In this document: positions 11,101 to 18,653 of the stretch, one piece after another | How positions within the stretch are numbered: the stretch's first letter is position 1 | Layout of the letters: each line of letters opens with the position of its first letter | Origin: an uncultured Gammaproteobacteria bacterium | GTDB lineage: Bacteria > Cyanobacteriota > Vampirovibrionia > Gastranaerophilales > CAZEDP01 | Direction of reading: 5' to 3' | Assembly (NCBI GenBank): GCA_964643065.1 | Contig: CAZXPD010000001.1 | Coordinates: forward strand, 2,925 to 66,924 | DNA: 64,000 nt | Position numbers and translations under genes: made by a program | The notes under the pieces: model-generated | Databases searched by the model: none | Told to the model about the DNA's origin: nothing | What the model saw: the letters and a program-made list of their open reading frames with translations, nothing else

Positions 11101-11594
11101 CCCAACGGTGCAGCAGTTTCACCTAAGTTATCAATTGTATTTGCTTCACCATACTTTATTCTTTTTATAATATTGTCAAAAATATCTTTTAACTGTTTTT
11201 CTTCGCCCATTTTTAATGATGGTGAAAGGTTTGCTTCGATAGAGTGCTTTCTCAATATTCTGCTGCAAAAACTGTGAAATGTTGAAATCCATAAATCTTG
11301 ACCAAGGCAATCAACATCATTATCTTTTAATTCTTGAAAAATACGCCCTTTCATTTCATTAGCGGCTTTGTCAGTAAATGTTATAACAAGAAGCCTTGTT
11401 GCTGGATTTTCAACACCATCTTCAATCAAGTCATTGACCAATTTAACAAAGCGTTTTGAAATAATCTTTGTTTTGCCTGTTCCTGCGCCGGCAACTATTT
11501 TAGTACAATGATTAATCGGATTCTCAACAGCCTGTTTCTGTTGTTCATTAAGCCCCTCTGTTATATTAATCCGGGTTTTATTCTTCGTTTCCAT
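8187..11594 (-). CDS. AddA/UvrD-like helicase with C-terminal Cas4/RecB-type Fe-S nuclease
   Basis: GAGTGKT, DEFQDT, VHASKGLEF and YVAISRAEKYL. Nuclease region DIDLL..IIDFKTNK..QLYLY. Cys cluster HCPNKY plus CTDCGYLYIC. Start moved to the ATG at 11594 (METKNK), 6 nt after GAGGAGG. Confidence 0.85.
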   Translation of the reverse strand: METKNKTRINITEGLNEQQKQAVENPINHCTKIVAGAGTGKTKIISKRFVKLVNDLIEDGVENPATRLLVITFTDKAANEMKGRIFQELKDNDVDCLGQDLWISTFHSFCSRILRKHSIEANLSPSLKMGEEKQLKDIFDNIIKRIKYGEANTIDNLGETAAPLGLNVELLNIDSVNKLNKINALDIILDDIFPLIKKIKSLGIDAKEFLDKSTAAIKNYSETIKTIPFGFSSKEEYLEEWGQHLKAYADDFCRYEDIIFKDDGKKEDKGAFQAIAGEKLILSKNGSRKPQDWSYSTDFPENIDGIEEIELHLTKIVALIYAVYQKELEKLDTVDFDDLINKTIQILKQNEIIRLYYQKLFKHLIIDEFQDTNGSQLELIKLLLDEKQANITFVGDRKQSIYGFRFAQMENFEVLHNHVEKKYAQKYPEIKLITNYRSTPHVLNAVNHVTEESLALDEILNPNPYKTFDAENKHVKVTTLNGFSDSYNHKISEAKYIASEIIRLKTEENAKYKEFAVLVKSHSQAELIEKQLTEAGIPSIKKVNIGFFINPVIRNAVALLRLAKNIRDEIALTRILKIKLSDQELYRLKIEADKEILKIKEFKELKKLNLSEKLTFIRENNLINNLDVPESVRDYTNLVFETIYSISQQKNTLSLLQIYYRLINEIKPYFELSGIEQYRAELDLRIFEKIIADFMQSENYVSISNFLDYIDRIKDNRSFELPTLAVKDIDAVQLLTVHASKGLEFPYTFIASISTSSKGGNIDGTNISFDLQYGDKPGFGIIVHKFEGKSTPKALLYKEIWKKPREKNEALRLFYVAISRAEKYLNVLNFTSYGNSKPAEYTRYFPLSVLSETVDTSEITIEKQELKPFAIITDNQKAFNNNTSMPTVLQCNFRMSFSQINTFNHCPNKYLFKYKYRYPELGDEKESSVIGNLVHNLIYSSYMNNKEFNKAEIPTFLLGVQIESDDLTRINSLYSSFLNSDYAPQKLSGMAIYPERSFNFTHNIDGKNIEFAGDIDLLIKNSDKTYSIIDFKTNKNIEKSLEDYYKQLYLYKMALSNEGFDINELKILNLTEEAARVFEPGHEELSQSKSVLDAEISKIIYLANNPTCQKTNNDKKCTDCGYLYICEDSNGEQKL

Positions 11595-14500
11595 CTTCAC
11601 CCTCCTCATCACACAGAAAACCAAATGAACAATTTGAGCATTTCCAGCTCGTATCTGTCTTTTTAAATGATGCTTCTGCTCTTATTTTATCTATAACTGT
11701 TTCTTTAAGATTTTGAACAAGTTTTTCTTTTTTTTCTTCAATTTCACTTGATGCAATTAAATCTTCTTTATAGCCGTTATCCTTAGAGGTTGGTCTAATA
11801 TATTTCAATCCTAAAGCTTCAACTTTATCTTTAAATTCTTCAAGCTCAGGTGCATTCTGACAAGCCAGATAATAAAGAGGAATCTGATATTCATAATCAC
11901 TTATATTTTTTTCGCTAAATTTGCCTTTATACTGCCCATAATCGCCTTCAAAGTTTAAACCATAGTCACTTAAATAATAACTAAGCGGTTTCTTCTTGTT
12001 TTTACCGGTTTTATAGTCAAATACGCAATATATGTCATTATACTTGTATAGAGCATCAATCCTGCCGTCAAACATAACAGCTGGAAGATCATTAAGCTGA
12101 AATGCAAAGCCTTGTTCTGTAATTATTTTCTCCGGCACTTCATTAAAAAAATTATTTAATTCCAAATTATCAACCGCATCGCTAAAATTCTCTTTCATTT
12201 CTGCAAGGTTTAAGTCATCAGATGCAATAACAAGATCGATATCTCTTTCTTTAAATCCTGCATTTAATACGTTCTCAGGATTATTTTTTGAATCAAATAA
12301 AATATCAGCAAGTTTTAAGAGATTTTCTTTATTGTATTTATCAAGACAGGTATTATTAAACACCTCCATTACAGCGTGTACAATTGAACCATAGCTTGCA
12401 GCAAAATTGCTTTTTTCTTTTAAGCTCAAGAGGCTCGTATAATAATATTTTCGAGGACAGGATAAATATATGCCGATAGCAGAAGGATTAAGTTTTAAAA
12501 CCTCATTTTCAGCAATGACTTTTGATTTTATAACTTCTTCGCTTTCTTGTTGGTTTAAATCACAATTATCATTGTTTTCTGAGTGTTTTGGCTCTGCTTC
12601 TTTATAATTGGTATTATCGGTATCAACAAGCATCTGAAAGAAAATAGATGGCTGTACTTGCTTTTTATCCTCATATTTGTGTGTTGAAATAAGCAGTTTC
12701 TCTTTGGCTCTTGTCATTCCAAGATAAAATAGCCTTGCTTCTTCTTCAATACTCTCTTCATCCAGTTCTATAAGGTTTCTAAAATTGCTGTTTATTTGCT
12801 TAAGAGAAGCTGATATCTTTTCATTTGCATCAGGGGAAATAAAATAGGTGGATTTTGCTTTCTTAGGAAAATTATTTTCCGTAAGACAAGGAATATAAAC
12901 GTATTTAAACTCTAAACCTGCTGTCTTAAAAAAAGTTAAAAGGTTCACCGAGTCTTTTATATCAGATTGCTCTTCAAATGACAGGTTGATAAGTTCATTT
13001 AGGGTATTAAAGTCTGGCCTGTCTTTTATTACTCTTGAATACAAATCAGTCATTGCATCAATTTTTGATAAAAGCTTTCCTAGGATAGCGTTGAATTCAG
13101 GATTGTTTAAGATTTCTTTTTGTTTTCTTGCAATAAATACAGTTAATTCAACAAATTTATTTTCCCTATAAAGCTGATAAATTGAAGCTAAATCACCCAA
13201 CTCTGCTAAAAGTTTTTCTTTATCTTCTTCTTTTAAAATACCGATGTTTTCATAAATAACATTAACAAGTGAAGGCTTTTTATATTCTTCTTGAATAGTT
13301 ATAAAGCGGTCTTTTATATAATGATCTTCGAGCGTATCGGAGAGTATATTTTCGATATAAAGATTCAGTTCTTCAAATTGTATTTCAAGCTCTGCTTTTG
13401 AGCTTATGTTGATGTTTGAAAAACCTTGTCTTGAAAATTCTTTAATTCCAAGCTTTTCGCAAATATTGCAGATACTTAGATATCTGGTAAGTTTCAATCT
13501 GAAATTCTGATATTCCTCATTATAAAGCTCACTGTTTATAGGAATTCCGTATGTTTTAAAAAAGTCGATGAATTTTTGTTTTGACTCAAAATCCCTTATC
13601 AAAATTGCAAAATCAGAGAAATTGCAGTTTTCATTTTTAATTTTATCTAATATTTCTTCTGCAATATATGATATTTCAGCCTGAACATCCTCGAATTGAA
13701 TATATTTAATACTTTCAGATTCTTTAAACTCACAATTGAGTTCTTCTGAATTATATTTTTTAACAAGATAAAGTGCTCTTTGTATAATCTCCGGGTTTCT
13801 TTGAGATGAGTCGAGATTTGTAATTTCAATATTATCAAAATATTCTTTTAATGAATCCAAGATCAAACTATCTCTCCAAGCTCCTCTGAACTCCTGAATT
13901 CTTGAATATTCATCACCATAAATGTACAAATTATCAGGATCAGCTATAAATTTGATTAACTTAAACTGCAAATAAGTTATATCTTCAAAACCGTCAATAA
14001 AAATATGACTAAATCTTGATTTAATGGTATTTAAAAGTATTGTATTATCTTCAAGGGCTTTTATTGCAGATAGAACAGAATCTCTGTAATCAAGATAATT
14101 AAAGCGTTTTAGTATTTCATTGTATCTTTTAAAAACACCAGCAATTAGGCGAAGTCTGATTTTATCTGTATCAGTTATCTCTGTCTCATCAATAACTCTG
14201 GTTATATCTTCATATTTTAGTTCATTGTTTTTAAATAAGCCAAAAAGGTTATATAGCTCTCTAAAGAACGAATTTGATTTGGTGAGACTGTTAAGAGCAG
14301 TATTTTGGATAAATTCGCTTTTACAAATTGCTCCAATTATATTAATAGCAAGAGCATCAGATAATGTTTCACTTTCCAAATGAGACGGTGATTTTTTAAG
14401 TATGTATTTATAAAGCTCATCAACAGACCAGATATTTAAATGTTTAGAATTATCATCATTAAGCTTTATTAGTTCTTCTTTTTCACTTGGAGTAAGAGTT

Positions 14501-14613
14501 AATATTAAAATCTGGTAAGGATTAGCAGTCCCGTTATTTAATAAAGAATATACATTCTCTAGTAAATTTCTCGTTTTTCCACTGCCTGCATAGCCCTTAA
14601 TCAGCTTTAACAT
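11578..14613 (-). CDS. AddB-like helicase-nuclease subunit with Fe-S nuclease domain
   Basis: Walker A GYAGSGKT. C-terminal RecB-type nuclease GRIDALY..VFDYKTGK..YQIPLYY. Cys SCPRKY plus CSNCSFGFLC. Overlaps both neighbours. Confidence 0.8.
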   Translation of the reverse strand: MLKLIKGYAGSGKTRNLLENVYSLLNNGTANPYQILILTLTPSEKEELIKLNDDNSKHLNIWSVDELYKYILKKSPSHLESETLSDALAINIIGAICKSEFIQNTALNSLTKSNSFFRELYNLFGLFKNNELKYEDITRVIDETEITDTDKIRLRLIAGVFKRYNEILKRFNYLDYRDSVLSAIKALEDNTILLNTIKSRFSHIFIDGFEDITYLQFKLIKFIADPDNLYIYGDEYSRIQEFRGAWRDSLILDSLKEYFDNIEITNLDSSQRNPEIIQRALYLVKKYNSEELNCEFKESESIKYIQFEDVQAEISYIAEEILDKIKNENCNFSDFAILIRDFESKQKFIDFFKTYGIPINSELYNEEYQNFRLKLTRYLSICNICEKLGIKEFSRQGFSNINISSKAELEIQFEELNLYIENILSDTLEDHYIKDRFITIQEEYKKPSLVNVIYENIGILKEEDKEKLLAELGDLASIYQLYRENKFVELTVFIARKQKEILNNPEFNAILGKLLSKIDAMTDLYSRVIKDRPDFNTLNELINLSFEEQSDIKDSVNLLTFFKTAGLEFKYVYIPCLTENNFPKKAKSTYFISPDANEKISASLKQINSNFRNLIELDEESIEEEARLFYLGMTRAKEKLLISTHKYEDKKQVQPSIFFQMLVDTDNTNYKEAEPKHSENNDNCDLNQQESEEVIKSKVIAENEVLKLNPSAIGIYLSCPRKYYYTSLLSLKEKSNFAASYGSIVHAVMEVFNNTCLDKYNKENLLKLADILFDSKNNPENVLNAGFKERDIDLVIASDDLNLAEMKENFSDAVDNLELNNFFNEVPEKIITEQGFAFQLNDLPAVMFDGRIDALYKYNDIYCVFDYKTGKNKKKPLSYYLSDYGLNFEGDYGQYKGKFSEKNISDYEYQIPLYYLACQNAPELEEFKDKVEALGLKYIRPTSKDNGYKEDLIASSEIEEKKEKLVQNLKETVIDKIRAEASFKKTDTSWKCSNCSFGFLCDEEGEDGNEE

Positions 14614-15455
14614 ATGGTCGCACCTTGTTTAAACAGATTAACATTTATCATTCCAAATTTTGCAGATAAATCATCAATATGGTGCATTAGGTAAAGTTCC
14701 GGCTCTAAATCTCTCTGGTTTAGATCAATAATAGCTTCCCAATCCGTTCTGGAATGATGTGCTGCAATTATTCTAGCAAGCTGATTAAATCCGTTATTCA
14801 TTGCCCAATTAAAACCATATAGCGTATGCGAAATCCAATCTTTTTTGAATTCCTCATTAATTTCAATAAGTCCAGATTCAAGATTAACTTTATACTCAAA
14901 TATTTTGCCAATATCATGCATAATGCAAGCTGCAAAAATAATATCGTGATCAACTTCTTTTCTGAACTTTGGGAATACTGATTGTGCAAATTCAATACAT
15001 TCCCATATATGCTGCATTAACCCACCGACATAATTGTGATGCATTGATTTAGCCGCAGGTGTTACTTTAAATAAGTCTATATTTTCAAAGATTACCTTTG
15101 ATACAGCTTCTTTAAGGTTTTGATTTTTAAAATTGTTGATGACTTCGAGTATATTATTAAAAAGTGTTTCTCTATCTTCTAATTCAAGACCGATAGGAGC
15201 TTCTTCAAGGAGTTCTAGTTCCTTGATATTTACATTTTTAAATTGCTCTTTATATTCACCGGCGATAATTCTAACAGTATTTCCTGTTCTTAAAGCCTTG
15301 GGATCATTATTATCAATAGCTTCTTGCCATAAGACACAATTTAAAACTTCTTTGCTTTTAATATCTTCAAGCTGAAGCTTACCCATTTTATTGCCGTTTT
15401 TAGTATCTGACAGGTGAAATTCCTTAACCACATACTCTGATGAATAATCTATCAT
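14607..15455 (-). CDS. YhaM-like 3'-5' exonuclease (N-terminal OB fold plus HD domain)
   Basis: HD motifs HHNYVGGLMQH and IMHDIGK. The N-terminal approx 90 aa is OB-like. ATG at 15455 preceded by AAGGGAG. 7-nt overlap with the AddB-like gene. Confidence 0.8.
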   Translation of the reverse strand: MIDYSSEYVVKEFHLSDTKNGNKMGKLQLEDIKSKEVLNCVLWQEAIDNNDPKALRTGNTVRIIAGEYKEQFKNVNIKELELLEEAPIGLELEDRETLFNNILEVINNFKNQNLKEAVSKVIFENIDLFKVTPAAKSMHHNYVGGLMQHIWECIEFAQSVFPKFRKEVDHDIIFAACIMHDIGKIFEYKVNLESGLIEINEEFKKDWISHTLYGFNWAMNNGFNQLARIIAAHHSRTDWEAIIDLNQRDLEPELYLMHHIDDLSAKFGMINVNLFKQGATIC

Positions 15456-15531
15456 CACAACTCCCTTCACACCGCATTTGAAATTAATTATATAAAAAAC
15501 ATGTTCATTTTTGTTAATTTGTTAAGCTAAG

Positions 15532-15804
15532 CTATTTTTGGTAATAACCTTCGTAACTACCATTTTTGTTGTACTTTTTGATTTTATTACCCTCGCTCTT
15601 GTAATAGCCCTGATAGCTGCCGCTTTTATTGTATTCTTTTAATTTGTTACCTTCTTGCTTATAATAACCTTGATAACTACCGTTTTTTCCGTATTGCTTT
15701 AGTTTTTCACCGCTTTTAAGTCCAAATTGCGGTGTATTATCGTAAGCAAAACAAGGGGCTGAGATGATTGATATAAGTGCAAATAGTAAAACAATTTTTT
15801 TCAT
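15532..15804 (-). CDS. small secreted protein with three tandem 17-aa repeats
   Basis: Signal peptide MKKIVLLFALISIISAPCFA. Repeat unit K(L/I)KxY(G/N)K(N/S)GSY(Q/E)GYYK three times. RBS AAAGGAGA before the ATG at 15804. Confidence 0.6.
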   Translation of the reverse strand: MKKIVLLFALISIISAPCFAYDNTPQFGLKSGEKLKQYGKNGSYQGYYKQEGNKLKEYNKSGSYQGYYKSEGNKIKKYNKNGSYEGYYQK

Positions 15805-16145
15805 AAAGTCTCCTTTTCTTTCCAATGAGGTTGAAATTTTTCTATATCTTCAAGCGTTTTGCTGTAATCTCCATCAAATTTTATTGCCCTATCATCAATA
15901 TATAAGTATGCAGGCTCTTTTTTATTAGTTACGTCTTTTATGTAGTTGCACAAATTGTGTCTTATCATCCATTTATAGACTTTTTCTCGATCCCTTGTTG
16001 TAAAAATATAAACTTCATAAGCTGTTGCCAATGATTGCAGAAATTCAAGGGAACCAGCTCTTGGTTCAAACAGTTCATTCTCACCATTCCAGCCTTTATA
16101 AGTATTAAGAACTCCATCAAAGTCTAAAAATATTTTCTTTTTCAT
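15801..16145 (-). CDS. small HAD-superfamily phosphatase/nucleotidase-like protein
   Basis: N-terminal HAD motif I FLDFDGVLN; downstream IFTTRD and YIDDR. Start placed at the ATG at 16145 (MKKKIF). Confidence 0.6.
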   Translation of the reverse strand: MKKKIFLDFDGVLNTYKGWNGENELFEPRAGSLEFLQSLATAYEVYIFTTRDREKVYKWMIRHNLCNYIKDVTNKKEPAYLYIDDRAIKFDGDYSKTLEDIEKFQPHWKEKETL

Positions 16146-16194
16146 GCTCATATCCTTTTGTATTCCCTTGATGAAATTTATTATCACAAAAACC

Positions 16195-16249
16195 TATGTC
16201 AAAATCGGACACTAATGTTTTTTATATGTCCGTTTGTGACACAGGTGTC
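16195..16249. promoter_or_regulatory. two copies of palindrome TATGTC-N7-GACA in a divergent promoter region
   Basis: TATGTCAAAATCGGACA (16195-16211) and TATGTCCGTTTGTGACA (16225-16241). Adjacent GACAC-AG-GTGTC (16238-16249). The same motif occurs at 18469-18485. Confidence 0.45.
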
Positions 16250-16289
16250 TGTTATGCTCAAAAATGTACAGTTTATTGAAGGAGAATAT

Positions 16290-16625
16290 ATGAAAAAGAA
16301 TCTTGTTGCACTAATGGCAGTTGGAGTAATTCTTGTTAATGGAGCTATTGCACAGGCAGAAAGCATAAGCTTGGCACCAGAGCTTAGTATTTACTCGAAT
16401 AGTTCATTAAGCAGCTCTACTTTTGGAACAAAAGCAGTTACTCAAAGAGGTTGTAAAGTCGGAAAATCAACTTGTAAAAACTATCTTGGAATTGTTAAAA
16501 CAGGTAGCTGCGGTATAGGCGAATCAATGAAAAACGGTAATTTATCCGTTTTAAAATACGTTGATGTTATCAATAACGGATGGTTCTTTAACAGAACGAC
16601 AACAATTAATGCTTACGGAGACTAA
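16290..16625 (+). CDS. TRL-like secreted protein
   Basis: RBS GGAG then ATG at 16290. Signal peptide MKKNLVALMAVGVILVNGAIAQA. C-terminal pattern NYLGIVKTG...MKNGNLSVLKYVDV...INAYGD matches my recollection of the TRL-like family. Confidence 0.6.
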   Translation: MKKNLVALMAVGVILVNGAIAQAESISLAPELSIYSNSSLSSSTFGTKAVTQRGCKVGKSTCKNYLGIVKTGSCGIGESMKNGNLSVLKYVDVINNGWFFNRTTTINAYGD

Positions 16626-16628
16626 AAA

Positions 16629-16943
16629 ATGGATGAGAAAGTTAAAGAATTTTTACTGACAGGAGTTTTAGGCATATTTATATTGCTACTCTTTAACGCC
16701 ATTATGTCAAACGGTGTCTACAATAACTACAGAACATCAATGTTTGCAATGGAAAACGTTTCAAAATACCCGAAAGTTGGCAAGGCGACTATGGTTAATT
16801 ATTTCGGGCTTGCAAGGTTTGGTGATGATAGTTATCAAACTGCGTTAACCAATGGTGGTATTTCTAAAATTCACCACGTTGACACAGAAGCAAAAGGCAC
16901 AATATTTAAAAAAGTCATGACTACATATGTATACGGCGAATAA
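16629..16943 (+). CDS. TRL-like protein paralogue with N-terminal TM/signal anchor
   Basis: NYFGLARFGD..LTNGGISKIHHVDTE...TYVYGE parallels the upstream gene. 3-nt gap between the two. Confidence 0.6.
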   Translation: MDEKVKEFLLTGVLGIFILLLFNAIMSNGVYNNYRTSMFAMENVSKYPKVGKATMVNYFGLARFGDDSYQTALTNGGISKIHHVDTEAKGTIFKKVMTTYVYGE

Positions 16944-16966
16944 CCCTCCCCCACATACTCCAGCTA

Positions 16967-17002
16967 AAGTAAGCTCTGAGAAATCAGGGCTTACTTGTTT
17001 TT
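16967..17002 (+). terminator. rho-independent terminator after the TRL-like pair
   Basis: Stem AAGTAAGC (16967-16974) pairs with GCTTACTT (16989-16996). Inner CTG/CAG pairing. Followed by GTTTTT. Confidence 0.6.
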
Positions 17003-17063
17003 ACATAACCAAGTATAACGTGCAAATATTGTATAACCTGTTTTATCAAGGAAAGAAGTAATC

Positions 17064-17435
17064 ATGAAAAAAGTAAATGGAGAAATTGTAAATAATATCG
17101 ATGATTTAACAGATGAAGAAACTCAGGAAGTTTCTGATTTTATCTGTTATTTAAAGAGTAAAAGACCAAAACCTGAGCCAGTTAAGGATACCAAAGACAA
17201 TTTAAGTGATAACCTTGTTATAGAAGAACTCTTAAAAAAACTTGAAACTTTATCTGCAAAATTAGCAGAAATTAAGAAGCTTGAAGATGATGTAAAATTT
17301 TGGCAGAGTAAATATTTTGAGCTGGAAGTTCATTTTAAAAACTCTGAAAAAGAAACTATTGTATTAAAAAATGATAATCAAAAACTAAAAGAGCTTGTGG
17401 GAATTAAGGGGTTATTTAAAGGAGTATTTGTTTAG
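17064..17435 (+). CDS. hypothetical coiled-coil protein
   Basis: 123 aa. The N-terminal EETQEVSDFICYLKSKR resembles DUF2281-type short domains; the rest is heptad-rich and charged. Function unknown. Confidence 0.45.
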   Translation: MKKVNGEIVNNIDDLTDEETQEVSDFICYLKSKRPKPEPVKDTKDNLSDNLVIEELLKKLETLSAKLAEIKKLEDDVKFWQSKYFELEVHFKNSEKETIVLKNDNQKLKELVGIKGLFKGVFV

Positions 17436-17436
17436 C

Positions 17437-18417
17437 TTACCTCTTTAAAGTCTCAAAAGCTTCTGTTAAAAGCTCTTTGTACTCTTTTTTAAGACTTGCA
17501 GGTTGGAGGATTTTAACTAGCTTACCCCATTTAAAAAGATGCCAGCATATAGCAAGACCGCCTGCAGCAGTAAATTCAACTTTTACTGAACCGTCTTTGT
17601 TATCTTTCATTTTTTGAGTCGGGTGAAAATGGAAATTTTTAACATCTTCTGCAACTGATTTATCGAATTGAAGGACAACTTTTATAGGTTCTTCCTGATA
17701 AACCCCGAAAGAATTCTTGGAATATTCTGCCAAATCAAAGTTTTCATCTTTTTCATAATATTCATCAATAATCTTAATCTCTTTTATTTTTGAAAGATTA
17801 TACAGCCTTATTGCTTTTCTATCAGGATTAAACGCTACAAGAAAATGTTTTTCTCCATAAATCACACCGTAAGGATGAACTTTACAGGATTGAATCTCTT
17901 TATTTACTTTTTCATACTTAATCCGAAGAACCTTAAATGCTTTTATAGCTTCCCTTATATTACTTAGGACTTCTTTGTCTATCTTGAATCTTGGATACTG
18001 TCTAACGGCATATTTTTCAGCCTCTAGAAGTGCTTCAAGGTCAGTTTCTATTTTTGATTGCTCTGTTTTATTTAATACTTTTACTTTTGCAAGAATGTCA
18101 TCGATGGTTTCAGCTTTATTGTTTAACCCGTCAACCTCAAGTTTTTTCTTTGTATTCTCAAGTTCCGCAAGCTCTTCAGGAGTAAATGAAATTATTGGAG
18201 CTAAAGAATAGTTTTTTAATCTCCAGCGTTTAACCTTTGTGCCTGTTTCAACTTCTTCTATTTGAGGGAAAAGACGAACTACAGCATCACGCATCCTCTC
18301 GGCAGTTCTTCTTGATACATTAAAATGCTCTTGAATATCATTAAGAGACAAGCCTTTATAGCTTGCCTGGAATAGCAAAGCCAGTTTTAAAATATCTTCA
18401 ACTCGTTCGTATCTCAT
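17437..18417 (-). CDS. WYL-domain transcriptional regulator (HTH-WYL-WCX; BrxR/CapW-like architecture)
   Basis: N-terminal HTH LSLNDIQEHFNVSRRTAERMRDAV. Central WYL-type segment VHPYGVIYGEKHFLVAFNPDRKAIRLYNLSKI. Divergent from the SNF2 operon. Confidence 0.85.
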   Translation of the reverse strand: MRYERVEDILKLALLFQASYKGLSLNDIQEHFNVSRRTAERMRDAVVRLFPQIEEVETGTKVKRWRLKNYSLAPIISFTPEELAELENTKKKLEVDGLNNKAETIDDILAKVKVLNKTEQSKIETDLEALLEAEKYAVRQYPRFKIDKEVLSNIREAIKAFKVLRIKYEKVNKEIQSCKVHPYGVIYGEKHFLVAFNPDRKAIRLYNLSKIKEIKIIDEYYEKDENFDLAEYSKNSFGVYQEEPIKVVLQFDKSVAEDVKNFHFHPTQKMKDNKDGSVKVEFTAAGGLAICWHLFKWGKLVKILQPASLKKEYKELLTEAFETLKR

Positions 18418-18468
18418 GAGGTTTTCCTGTCTCGGTTATTATTAAGCAATTATTACATGGATTTTTAA

Positions 18469-18485
18469 TATGTCCAAATCAGACA
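18469..18485. promoter_or_regulatory. third copy of palindrome TATGTC-N7-GACA, in the WYL/SNF2 intergenic region
   Basis: TATGTCCAAATCAGACA. Lies just downstream of a minus-strand TATAAT (18498-18503) that would serve the WYL gene. Confidence 0.45.
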
Positions 18486-18581
18486 TGGGTTTTTATTATT
18501 ATAAATAAAGGCAAAGCATGTCAAAAGGGCTTTAATTTGCTATAAAACAAGTCATTATTTCAATTTGTTTATGTTACGATA

Positions 18582-18590
18582 TGGTAAAAT
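18582..18590 (+). promoter_or_regulatory. putative extended -10 promoter of the SNF2-Mod-Res operon
   Basis: TGgTAAAAT about 65 nt upstream of the ATG at 18654. No good -35. Confidence 0.3.
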
Positions 18591-18653
18591 CTTGTATTTA
18601 TCTTTTGTATATTAAACACAATTTCAAAACAGTTTATACAGTAAGTGGGAACT

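Noticed and set aside
16158-16289. Upstream extension of the first TRL-like ORF (the track starts at 16158).
   Set aside because: The extension covers the divergent promoter and operator region. A good RBS (GGAG) and a signal peptide begin at the ATG at 16290.
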